DNA of 53,330 nt, taken from a virus. Taxonomy: Duplodnaviria; Caudoviricetes. Positions 1 through 7,278 of the stretch are shown here, piece by piece. Position numbers and translations under genes: made by a program. A model generated the notes under the pieces. The model saw only the letters and a list, made by a program, of their open reading frames with translations, was not told where the DNA came from and searched no databases. Every line of letters starts with the position of its first letter. Position 1 is the stretch's first letter. The stretch is from positions 1 through 53,330 of the IMG/VR virus record IMGVR_UViG_3300032323_001444; one strand, 5' to 3'.

Positions 1-38
1 ACGCGCAACGCTTCGCGCCTGCTCAAATGATCGTACAT
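1..38 (-). CDS. 5' end of a gene running off the left edge (MYDHLSRREALR...)
   Basis: ATG at 38 preceded by GGAAAGGG RBS and a promoter at 84-113; truncated by the window edge. Confidence 0.5.
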   Translation of the reverse strand, partial: MYDHLSRREALR

Positions 39-83
39 TCTAAATACCCTTTCCAACCGGGGCAAGCATCGCCCCGAATGCAC

Positions 84-113
84 ATTATACGACAGGTAGA
101 CAAGATGCGGCAA
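84..113 (-). promoter_or_regulatory. sigma70-type promoter
   Basis: TTGCCG (113-108), 18-nt spacer, TATAAT (89-84) on the minus strand. Confidence 0.65.
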
Positions 114-530
114 AGGCCACAGCACACGCCAGAAACTGGATGGAATCAATACTAACAATGCGCATTGACGAATCCAACGGCGAATAGATCCCATACCCGC
201 ACCCCCGCACGCGCTAACAATCGCGGCCCGTCAAAACCAACGGCCAGCCACGCGCACACCTAGCGCAATCGCACAGCTTGCCACCTTCCCCCCAAAGCGC
301 CCAAAAAATTTTCCCGGCAGCTGACGTGCTTCCACGCTTAGGCTTGTGTCTATACGATCTGCACCAACTACGTACAGCACGCAATGAGGTAAGCGAGCGT
401 GGGCGCACTGCTGCCGAGAAGAAAAACGAGGCGCTTCGCGCACCTCTTCCCTACTCCACGCTATGTGTGAAGCAACCAGGGGGATACCCAGGCCACAGCA
501 AATTGCAGACCCCCACCCGATACAAACCCA

Positions 531-866
531 CGCTACCGCGTAGCTTTGTGCTAACCCCGCTACCGCGGGGTCGGACCGCCGCTACCGCGACGCTCCGCGC
601 AGACGCCAACCGCCGCTACCGCGGCGCTTCGCGCAGCCCAGCGAGGCACCCGCTTACCTGCGTGTATGTGTTGCCCAGCGAAAAGACGGCTAGGGAATTG
701 GGAGTTGCTGCGCTACGGCTAACACCTGATCCCAGGCAGCGCCTACGCCCAGCCAAGCACGATCGCGCACTGCATGTGGACGCTACCGCGACGCACACGC
801 GCTACCTACGCCTTGTGTGAAAGAGAGCTGGGAGGAAAGCTAGGCAGGGCGTACCGCTGCTACCGC
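531..866 (+). repeat. Dispersed direct repeats CGCTACCGCG
   Basis: Exact copies at 531, 558, 580, 614 and 781, partial copies near 800 and 859; further copies at 2437 (exact) and 2541 (partial). Confidence 0.85.
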
Positions 867-1052
867 AGCACTACGCGCCAATGCAAAGGGAACCGGAAGG
901 TATGTGTGTATATCTTGTGGAGCCTGATATCGATTCTAGTATCCACAACAGTGTGTCTGTGACATAAATAATCAGGCCGTCACTTTGTGACACTGTGTAT
1001 TACTCTCACCATAGGGAGCCTGCGCATACTTGCTAGGCTCCCATGGCCGCCC

Positions 1053-1079
1053 AAAAAACAACCCGGTTTCCCGGGCTGT
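1053..1079 (-). terminator. Intrinsic terminator of the leftward cassette
   Basis: Minus strand ACAGCCCGG-GAAA-CCGGGTTGT followed by TTTTT. Confidence 0.8.
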
Positions 1080-1084
1080 GAAGT

Positions 1085-1189
1085 TTAGTTGTTATTTAGG
1101 CCGCTGGCCAATACTACGAAAGCGAATATTATAACAAACCATATAAACTCGCGAACCTTGGCCCGGTTTCCCGGGCCGCCGTTGCGCAT
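1085..1189 (-). CDS. 34-aa single-TM peptide (MRNGGPGNRAKVREFIWFVIIFAFVVLASGLNNN), below ORF-track cutoff
   Basis: TGATG overlap with upstream stop; hydrophobic stretch; ends just before the terminator. Confidence 0.5.
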   Translation of the reverse strand: MRNGGPGNRAKVREFIWFVIIFAFVVLASGLNNN

Positions 1190-1473
1190 CAATAGATGAC
1201 TTGCCAATACTGCGGAAGAAGCACGCCACGGGCCGCGGCCAATACTTCAATTCGCTGGACCATCAATTGCAAGTCGTTGTATTCGACTCCGAAATCAGCG
1301 GCCATGCAGGCATTGTCAATCAAGGTGTCTGGGCTGTCTGATAGCCAATGCCCAGTATCCTTGGCATTTGCGCACCAATTGCGTACCGCTTCGGCGTGCT
1401 TTTCATCGCTGGCCATAAAGACCAAGGCGGCGAAATCATCGGCCCGCAGGCCTTCAATTTTGAACAGTTTCAT
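1189..1473 (-). CDS. Hypothetical early protein (start MKLFKIEG)
   Basis: GAAAGGAAACTAGAT before ATG 1473; the ORF-track extension to 1518 runs through the hairpin. Confidence 0.75.
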   Translation of the reverse strand: MKLFKIEGLRADDFAALVFMASDEKHAEAVRNWCANAKDTGHWLSDSPDTLIDNACMAADFGVEYNDLQLMVQRIEVLAAARGVLLPQYWQVIY

Positions 1474-1519
1474 ATCTAGTTTCCTTTCTATCGGCCCGGT
1501 TTCCCGGGCCTTTCCCACA

Positions 1520-1867
1520 CTAATTAACCGTAGTCCAGTCGTCTTCGTTATCCTTGGCGTAATCTATCAATTCGTCTGCGTCAAACCGATTGAATACCAC
1601 CACATCGTACACTTCGGAATTGTACTGATTATCATCGTGGCCACACGTCCTACGGCAGTCTTCACTATTACAATCAGTGAACACGATTAATTCAAACCGA
1701 ATCAAGTATGTATCGGTAGGCATCAAGTTGTACGACTTCTCAAATGCCGCATAGACAGAAACTGACACAACTTTACACTTATCGTTAGTGCCTTGGCTGA
1801 TAATTCTACGGGTTGTAAAGTACTCGCGCGCCGCGGCAACGAAACTTTGTTTTACATTCTTAGTCAT
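1520..1867 (-). CDS. Acidic Cys-containing hypothetical protein, likely paralog of 1918-2289
   Basis: GAAAGGT RBS; motifs AAAREYF / ELIVFTDC / DADELIDY. Confidence 0.8.
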   Translation of the reverse strand: MTKNVKQSFVAAAREYFTTRRIISQGTNDKCKVVSVSVYAAFEKSYNLMPTDTYLIRFELIVFTDCNSEDCRRTCGHDDNQYNSEVYDVVVFNRFDADELIDYAKDNEDDWTTVN

Positions 1868-1917
1868 TCTAATTACCTTTCGTTCAAACCGGCCCGGTTT
1901 CCCGGGCCTTTCCTACG

Positions 1918-2289
1918 CTATTCTTTATCTTTCGAAAGAATCCAATGGTTCACACCTTCACCATTGGTTAGCCATTCGGCTAATTCTTCCGCTTCGTCCT
2001 GCGACCAATGAAGTAGCGTGAATGATTGTTGCTCTTCGTATGGCCAGTCGCCGCAGTCGCCGTCAAATTCCTTGAATTCAACATTGCAACAGCAATTGGT
2101 GTAAACAGTCAATTCACACACAACAGCATAACCAAATTCAACCATGCCTTGGCTTTCCGATTGCACGTAAGGTTCGACGTGCGCAAGCCATGATTTACAT
2201 TGCGAATCGGTATGCGAATCAATAAGACCTACACTAACAAAGTAGGCACGGAGTGCGGCCGCGATGGCCAATTTCTCTTTAGTTTCCAT
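1918..2289 (-). CDS. Acidic Cys-containing hypothetical protein (start METKEKLA)
   Basis: GAAAGGGAAACTAGT before ATG 2289; motifs AAALRAYF / ELTVYTNC / EAEELAEW. Confidence 0.8.
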   Translation of the reverse strand: METKEKLAIAAALRAYFVSVGLIDSHTDSQCKSWLAHVEPYVQSESQGMVEFGYAVVCELTVYTNCCCNVEFKEFDGDCGDWPYEEQQSFTLLHWSQDEAEELAEWLTNGEGVNHWILSKDKE

Positions 2290-2715
2290 ACTAGTTTCCC
2301 TTTCGAAGTGTTCCAACCACCAACAGGAACAGTATCGCATACTTGCTGGGGGGATGGATGATCCTGTTCGCAAGTCGGCTCCGCCGCCTCTTGAACAGGA
2401 CCGCAAACAAGCCGCATCCGCGGCTGGGAAAGATCGCGCTACCGCGCGAGCTACAGCACTGCGCATCCGCGCAGCGCTGCGGCCATGCATACGCATGGCA
2501 TCCGTACGGGCAAAGCCTTGCCCTCCAAGAGAGCAGCGCACTACCGCGCGCCGCCCTACGCACGCGACGCCGTGCCATGCCTCCCCTCCCTCCCTCACAC
2601 ATCCTGTGTGGCAGGGGGGTATGGCAAGCCCCCGCCCCCCTATTATTTTTCTCTTACGTCCCCCACGCCTACGGAAGGTCTATGTAAAAATCACTTTCTC
2701 CCGCCGTAGAAGCCA

Positions 2716-2724
2716 TGCTATAAC
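2716..2724 (+). promoter_or_regulatory. Extended -10 promoter
   Basis: TG-C-TATAAC upstream of the methylase. Confidence 0.5.
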
Positions 2725-2738
2725 GTACCGAGGTGCAT

Positions 2739-3290
2739 ATGGATTTCCCTTCCGTTCAGTATGACGTTGTATTGTGTGACCCACCGTGGTCGTACACTGG
2801 TAGCCAAGATAAATGGGGCGCCGCCGCTAAGTTCTACCCAACGATGAGCGACGCTGATCTGCTTGCGTTACCTGTTAAGCAGCTCTTGCATTCGCGTAGT
2901 CTCGTGTTCATGTGGGCTACTGGTCCACGTCTGGACGCTGCGCTGGACTTATTGCGAGGCTGGGGCTTAGCGTATAGAGGTGTTGGCTTTGTGTGGGTGA
3001 AGACGAAGAAAGATGGTACCCCTGTGGGCGCCCAGGGCGTCCGTCCTAGCGTTGTAAAGCCTACGACGGAGTTAGTGTTGGTTGGCAGCCCTTGCAAGTC
3101 TGGTAGGCCTTTAAAGCTGTCTGACGAGAGCGTCAGACAGGTCGTTATGGCGCCTAGAATGGAGCATAGCAGGAAGCCTGATGCAGTGCATGAGCGTATA
3201 GATCAGCTGTACCCAGGCATGAGTAAGATCGAATTGTTCGCGCGTAGACCGTACCCGGGCTGGGACGCATGGGGAAATGAAATCGCGTAG
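2739..3290 (+). CDS. MT-A70 family DNA amino-methyltransferase
   Basis: YDVVLCDPPW, FMWAT, FVWVK, EHSRKP, IELFARR and WDAWGNE motifs. Confidence 0.92.
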   Translation: MDFPSVQYDVVLCDPPWSYTGSQDKWGAAAKFYPTMSDADLLALPVKQLLHSRSLVFMWATGPRLDAALDLLRGWGLAYRGVGFVWVKTKKDGTPVGAQGVRPSVVKPTTELVLVGSPCKSGRPLKLSDESVRQVVMAPRMEHSRKPDAVHERIDQLYPGMSKIELFARRPYPGWDAWGNEIA

Positions 3291-3304
3291 TACGCGCAGA
3301 TGCA

Positions 3305-3313
3305 TGCTATACT
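3305..3313 (+). promoter_or_regulatory. Extended -10 promoter
   Basis: TG-C-TATACT followed by GGAGG RBS and ATG 3332. Confidence 0.6.
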
Positions 3314-3331
3314 TGCGGTGGGAGGATCTAT

Positions 3332-3586
3332 ATGGTCACGATAGGTAAAGCGTTGGAGTGGATGATGCATGGCTATCCAATTCGCATGGACGTCTGGGAA
3401 GACAATGAATACTTGCGGTATTCCGAGTTACTAGGTGTTTTTGAGTTGCACATGCATGGCGATGACGTTCGGATGGAAGTCATGGAGTTGAACGCTGGAT
3501 CGTTTTGCGAGGCGTGTTGGGTCCTTGGTAAGTGGCACCCAATGGGCAAGGCGCCGATCTGGGAGGTAAAGAATGACAGGGCATGA
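3332..3586 (+). CDS. Divergent DUF2829 (Tad2-like) protein
   Basis: TIGKALEWMMHGYPIRMDVW resembles the F-x-EAL...G-x-x-V-x-R-x-x-W start of the family; FCEACWVL sits at the DxLAxDW position. Confidence 0.5.
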   Translation: MVTIGKALEWMMHGYPIRMDVWEDNEYLRYSELLGVFELHMHGDDVRMEVMELNAGSFCEACWVLGKWHPMGKAPIWEVKNDRA

Positions 3587-3890
3587 GTACATTCGAATAC
3601 GCCGCGTTGCAATTGGTAAGTCACAGCGCAACATAGCTAGTCGTATACGTAGAATAGATGGGGATGGGTCCATATCTCCGCAGATGATGAACTGCATAGA
3701 ACATGGACGTAGGAGCTACAAGCCTTACATCGCAGACCTAGCCGACGCGCTAATGGTCGATGATTGGGTCTTGTATTTCTTCTTGGGAGAATTTCCACCG
3801 TCGTACATTGGCGCCTTTGACGGCGACCTAGAAAAGGTGTCAAATGCATTCGAAGCGTTTAGATCAACATTGCGAGGAAACAATGCCTAA
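3573..3890 (+). CDS. XRE-family HTH transcriptional regulator
   Basis: IRIRRVAIGKSQRNIA...ISPQMMNCIEHGRR...LADAL pattern. Confidence 0.75.
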   Translation: MTGHEYIRIRRVAIGKSQRNIASRIRRIDGDGSISPQMMNCIEHGRRSYKPYIADLADALMVDDWVLYFFLGEFPPSYIGAFDGDLEKVSNAFEAFRSTLRGNNA

Positions 3891-4089
3891 GACTGTATTG
3901 ACGCATGCCCAGGTTCACGAGGTACGGGAAAAATATTCATCTGGTGTATCTATTAAGCAGTTGGCTAGTACTTATGGGGTTGGCTACGAGCAAGCTAGGC
4001 GAATAGTAAGAGGTAAAACATGGAAGAAAGTATTACAGATGCAGAAGGACCGCGAGGTGCAAGCGGCATCACTGGAGTCGAAGCCCTAA
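3883..4089 (+). CDS. Small HTH protein resembling the C-terminal DNA-binding domain of phage HNH endonucleases
   Basis: LTHAQVHEVR...SIKQLASTYGV...IVRGKTWK; ATG 3883 with GAGG RBS. Confidence 0.65.
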   Translation: MPKTVLTHAQVHEVREKYSSGVSIKQLASTYGVGYEQARRIVRGKTWKKVLQMQKDREVQAASLESKP

Positions 4090-4265
4090 GCGCTATGCGT
4101 GATGGCCGGGTTATGCGTAGGGCAGCCTGGATGACTGGTGTGACAGCTGAGATGTTGGATAAAACGATCATCACAACAAGGCGCTATGGCGCCAAGTGGC
4201 GAGAAGAATCCACCGAGCTTAGAGTGTCGCAATTACTGCACGACGATTGGGAGGTAGTGGAATGA
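4020..4265 (+). CDS. DUF2829 (Tad2-like) protein
   Basis: EALSAMRDGRVMRRAAW ... SQLLHDDWEVVE matches both family termini; start uncertain. Confidence 0.7.
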   Translation: MEESITDAEGPRGASGITGVEALSAMRDGRVMRRAAWMTGVTAEMLDKTIITTRRYGAKWREESTELRVSQLLHDDWEVVE

Positions 4266-4522
4266 AATTTATAGCACGACCAGTGATGAAAGATGACGGT
4301 GACGCACAAGTGTATGATGCAGTCGCTGTAATCTCAAAGTACTTCACCGAGAATCCAGACGAGCCGTACGTAGAGTTAATTGTCGATAATGAAGGTACAA
4401 GAGAGGTTGTTGGCAGGATTAATAATCCGCAATTTACAAAGCTTATATACGATGTAAGTTACGGGCTTGATCAACTAAAACGTAAAAACGCTGTACGTAC
4501 CGTGCAAATAAACACGAAATAA
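4262..4522 (+). CDS. Hypothetical protein (start MKFIARP)
   Basis: GGAGG RBS, ATGA overlap. Confidence 0.7.
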   Translation: MKFIARPVMKDDGDAQVYDAVAVISKYFTENPDEPYVELIVDNEGTREVVGRINNPQFTKLIYDVSYGLDQLKRKNAVRTVQINTK

Positions 4523-4542
4523 ACGCGTGTTTAATGTAAGAT

Positions 4543-4640
4543 AGACACGGAATGAATAGAAAGGTTCCAGCCAATCCGGACCTGCCCGACAAACCAAACT
4601 CTGCAAACGAAAAGACCAGTCAGCCACACTGGTCTTTTTT
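4543..4640 (+). ncRNA. Candidate small RNA 1
   Basis: TAAGAT at 4537-4542, CAAAC-rich body, terminator at 4610-4640. Confidence 0.35.
4610..4640 (+). terminator. Intrinsic terminator
   Basis: AAAAGACCAGT-cagccac-ACTGGTCTTTTTT. Confidence 0.8.
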
Positions 4641-4658
4641 AATTGCTATACTCGTTTC

Positions 4659-5003
4659 ATGAAGACGACCCTGTATCAATATGCTCTAAAAGATATCTCC
4701 GTCGTTGACGGAGACACACTCAAGGCTGGCATCGACTTAGGCTTTAATGTTGTACTCACGACCAAGATACGAATCGAAGGTATCAACTGTCCAGAGAAGA
4801 ATACTCCAGAAGGCGTTGCTGCTAAAAACTTCACCATTGAATGGATGATGCATAAGAAGGAACCAGTTGTCTTATGTGTGAAGAATCATAAAGAAGACAA
4901 GTACGGACGCATCCTTGGTTCCGTTATTTCTGAGGGTCAAAGTCTAACCGATGCCATAAAAATTGCCGGCCATGGTGTAGATTACGATGGAGGTAAACGA
5001 TGA
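4659..5003 (+). CDS. Thermonuclease (SNase-like) family protein
   Basis: VVDGDT, IRIEGINCPE and DKYGRILG motifs; likely leaderless (TGCTATACT 6 nt upstream). Confidence 0.9.
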   Translation: MKTTLYQYALKDISVVDGDTLKAGIDLGFNVVLTTKIRIEGINCPEKNTPEGVAAKNFTIEWMMHKKEPVVLCVKNHKEDKYGRILGSVISEGQSLTDAIKIAGHGVDYDGGKR

Positions 5004-5386
5004 GTAGTGCAGTTAAAAAGGACCCGGCAAAGTGGAAGCGTATCGTTGCAAGTGTAAAGGCTGGCACTAAGGGCGGAGACCCTGGAGAATGGTCTGCGCG
5101 TAAGGCGCAACTGGCTACGCAACAGTACAAGAAGTCTGGTGGTGGGTACGTTGGACCCAAGTCTAGCGACAACAGCCTATCTAAATGGAGCGATCAGAAG
5201 TGGAAGACTAGTGATGGATCTCCTAGTGAAGGCAAGAAACGTTACCTTCCAGAGAAAGCCTGGAGTGCATTGTCATCTAGTGAGAAAGCCGCAACCAACA
5301 AAGCTAAGGCAGCTGGCAACAAAGCAGGTAAGCAATTTGTCGCACAGCCTAAGAGTATTGCCCGTAAGACATCAGGTTACAGATAG
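5000..5386 (+). CDS. Lys-rich conserved phage protein (DUF5872-like)
   Basis: KGGDPGEWSARKAQL...YKKSGGGY and RYLPEKAW motifs recalled from phage proteins. Confidence 0.7.
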   Translation: MSSAVKKDPAKWKRIVASVKAGTKGGDPGEWSARKAQLATQQYKKSGGGYVGPKSSDNSLSKWSDQKWKTSDGSPSEGKKRYLPEKAWSALSSSEKAATNKAKAAGNKAGKQFVAQPKSIARKTSGYR

Positions 5387-5405
5387 CAATTGAGTATAAT
5401 GAATT

Positions 5406-5495
5406 GCCGCGGCAAACAAACAATAACAAACCGCTGCGGTATCAACAACAACCAAATGGCAGGGACTACGTAGCGATACGTGGTCCCTGTTTGTT
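5406..5495 (+). ncRNA. Candidate small RNA 2
   Basis: TATAAT at 5395-5400, CAA-rich body, 13-bp GCGA-loop hairpin at 5460-5489 followed by TTTGTT. Confidence 0.45.
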
Positions 5496-5520
5496 GTAGA
5501 ATGCCAACAGGAGGTGGACT

Positions 5521-5694
5521 ATGTTTGTCGAATGGATGAAGAAAAAGTTTAAGCTGGTAGACCAAGAATCGACGGCGTTATCTGTACTCATGCTTGGTAA
5601 AGATCTAGACAAAGAAGCTGAACTAATGTCGTTGTCTCAACTCAAACAACTGTTTGCAGCATGCGGTAAGGAACTACGTAAGCGTACACCATGA
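5521..5694 (+). CDS. 57-aa hypothetical protein (MFVEWMKKKF...), below ORF-track cutoff
   Basis: AGGAGGT RBS; ATGA overlap with the next gene. Confidence 0.75.
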   Translation: MFVEWMKKKFKLVDQESTALSVLMLGKDLDKEAELMSLSQLKQLFAACGKELRKRTP

Positions 5695-6029
5695 CCTTTG
5701 TAGATATCCAGCCTTACATTATTGCTGGTAGGTTTTGCCACAGAATGTCGGATGATGGATTTCTATATTCCATATTCAATGGCAAGAATCTGCATAGCGG
5801 GTTGTTTGTTTCTGATGAGGACTTCGAGCTGGAACTGGACCAGGGAATATGTATTAGAAGTATTCCCCAGGAAAACATCATAGCGATAAGTCCTGATGCT
5901 CCTGATCTCCCTCTCTTTGAGTCTTGGGATTGGATTATCAGCTTAGAAGACCTAACAGCTACTGACTGGCAAGTTTGGCCAGACGTGTTTTCACAAGAGG
6001 ATCCAGATGAGTCGAACACTAGCTCTTAA
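5691..6029 (+). CDS. DUF2829 (Tad2-like) protein with acidic insertion
   Basis: MTFVDI...IAGRFCHR N-terminus and WIISLEDLTATDWQV C-terminal motif. Confidence 0.6.
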   Translation: MTFVDIQPYIIAGRFCHRMSDDGFLYSIFNGKNLHSGLFVSDEDFELELDQGICIRSIPQENIIAISPDAPDLPLFESWDWIISLEDLTATDWQVWPDVFSQEDPDESNTSS

Positions 6030-6543
6030 GACTGTAGAAGTAGCCAAGCGTTATCTGCACGTACGTGAAGATGGCGAGAATCGCGGCGATGATGTCGAGG
6101 TATTCCAGAAGATGGCTGTACCGCCATTGACTCCAGGATCTCCGTACTGCGCAGCTTTCGTGCGTGCCTGCATGAAGATCGCAGCTACAGAGTTAAACAC
6201 AACGTACATCACTGATTTCCCACGATCTGGTTACACACCAGATTGGGAGCGTTACGCAAAAGCTAAAGAGTTATGGATCCCGCGCGCGCAGTTAGCCATG
6301 GATCACACACCTGCTCGCAGAGGTGACTTAGCGCTGTTCTATAGTCGCACCAAATGCCGCATTGCACACATCGGTATTGTCACTCAGTCTTTTGAGAATG
6401 GTGTCTGGACAATTGAAGGTAACACTGGCCCAGAGCCTTCTGATGGGACAGAGATTAACCGTGATGGCGATGGTGTTTACCGCAAAATGCGCGAATGGAA
6501 CGAGCTTGGCCAGTTCGGTGGGATCCTGCGCGTAAACTTCTAG
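6007..6543 (+). CDS. CHAP-domain amidase/endopeptidase (endolysin)
   Basis: PYCAAFV catalytic Cys, HIGIV catalytic His, TIEGNT. Confidence 0.88.
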   Translation: MSRTLALKTVEVAKRYLHVREDGENRGDDVEVFQKMAVPPLTPGSPYCAAFVRACMKIAATELNTTYITDFPRSGYTPDWERYAKAKELWIPRAQLAMDHTPARRGDLALFYSRTKCRIAHIGIVTQSFENGVWTIEGNTGPEPSDGTEINRDGDGVYRKMREWNELGQFGGILRVNF

Positions 6544-6559
6544 TAATACTTGCTAGGTG

Positions 6560-6568
6560 TGGTATCAT
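6560..6568 (+). promoter_or_regulatory. Extended -10 promoter
   Basis: TG-G-TATCAT in the intergenic gap, preceded by ATACTTGC. Confidence 0.5.
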
Positions 6569-6610
6569 GTTTACGTAAGGTGAGTACACTTTACTGTTAA
6601 AGGATACCGA

Positions 6611-6895
6611 ATGATTACAATCTGTAAGACTGGGAGGGATAGTGAAGTCACAATCCGTCTCAGTCACCGCAATGGTCTGGCAGAATACTCCGTGGAGTAC
6701 ACAGATTCCAACAACCAACCCGTGAACTTGCAGCAGCTAAGCCCGGTTGCAACCTGGAATCTGCTTCTTACTATGAGTACAAATATGGTTCCAACATACA
6801 AGGTTCCAAACCGTGTGTTGTTAGAGTTGGCAGATGACGTTATTAAGTCGTTCGCTGCTGTTATTAGTTCAAGTGTTTTGGATGGTGAAGAATGA
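6611..6895 (+). CDS. Hypothetical protein
   Basis: AAGGA RBS; ATGA overlap with ssb. Confidence 0.7.
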   Translation: MITICKTGRDSEVTIRLSHRNGLAEYSVEYTDSNNQPVNLQQLSPVATWNLLLTMSTNMVPTYKVPNRVLLELADDVIKSFAAVISSSVLDGEE

Positions 6896-7278
6896 ATAAT
6901 GTAGTACTAGCCGGCCGCTTGGTCGCAGATGTCGAATACAAGACCATGAATGACGGTAAGGGTATCGCTAAGATGCGCCTGGCTGTCGATCGTGGCAAGG
7001 ACCAACCATCGGACTTCATTGACCTTACTGCCTTCCAGGCTACTGCTGACTTCGCGTCTAAGTACCTTGCTAAGGGACGTAAGATTGGAGTCATCGGTAA
7101 GATCCGCACGCGTGAATGGCAGGCTGAAGACGGTTCAAAGCGTCGTGGATTTGAGGTCGTATGCGATCAGTTGTACCCACTCGATAGCAACAAGACCGGC
7201 GGTGGAGATGCGCCAGCGCAGCCACAGAACCGCCCACAAGCGGGAGGATTTGATGACATCGAAGACCCATTCGGATAA
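6892..7278 (+). CDS. ssb: Single-stranded DNA-binding protein
   Basis: NNVVLAGRL OB-fold start; acidic tail DDIEDPF. Confidence 0.95.
   Translation: MNNVVLAGRLVADVEYKTMNDGKGIAKMRLAVDRGKDQPSDFIDLTAFQATADFASKYLAKGRKIGVIGKIRTREWQAEDGSKRRGFEVVCDQLYPLDSNKTGGGDAPAQPQNRPQAGGFDDIEDPFG

Larger units (their letters stand above)
1160..1908 (-). repeat. GGCCCGG-GAAA-CCGGGCC hairpin repeats at cassette gene junctions
   Basis: Exact 18-mer at 1160-1177, 1493-1510 and 1891-1908; 24 bp identical at 1492-1515 and 1890-1913; core also at 1062-1075. Confidence 0.9.

Noticed and set aside
938-946. DnaA-box-like GTATCCACA
   Set aside because: Single imperfect copy; a better origin candidate lies in the initiator gene
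214-962. ORFs 278-820, 231-443, 616-798, 774-962 and similar
   Set aside because: No RBS, Arg/Ala/Pro-biased translations of a GC-rich repeat tract; probably non-coding
1062-1908. Hairpin repeats as a CRISPR array or integron attC sites
   Set aside because: Spacing is about 85-380 bp and contains genes; no cas or integrase; no attC R-box structure seen
2264-2764. ORFs across the second GC-rich tract, and the N-terminal extension of 1918-2598
   Set aside because: Low-complexity translations; a clear RBS supports the start at 2289
6950-7252. N-terminal extension of ORF 6950-7552
   Set aside because: Out-of-frame overlap with ssb; GGAGG supports ATG 7253
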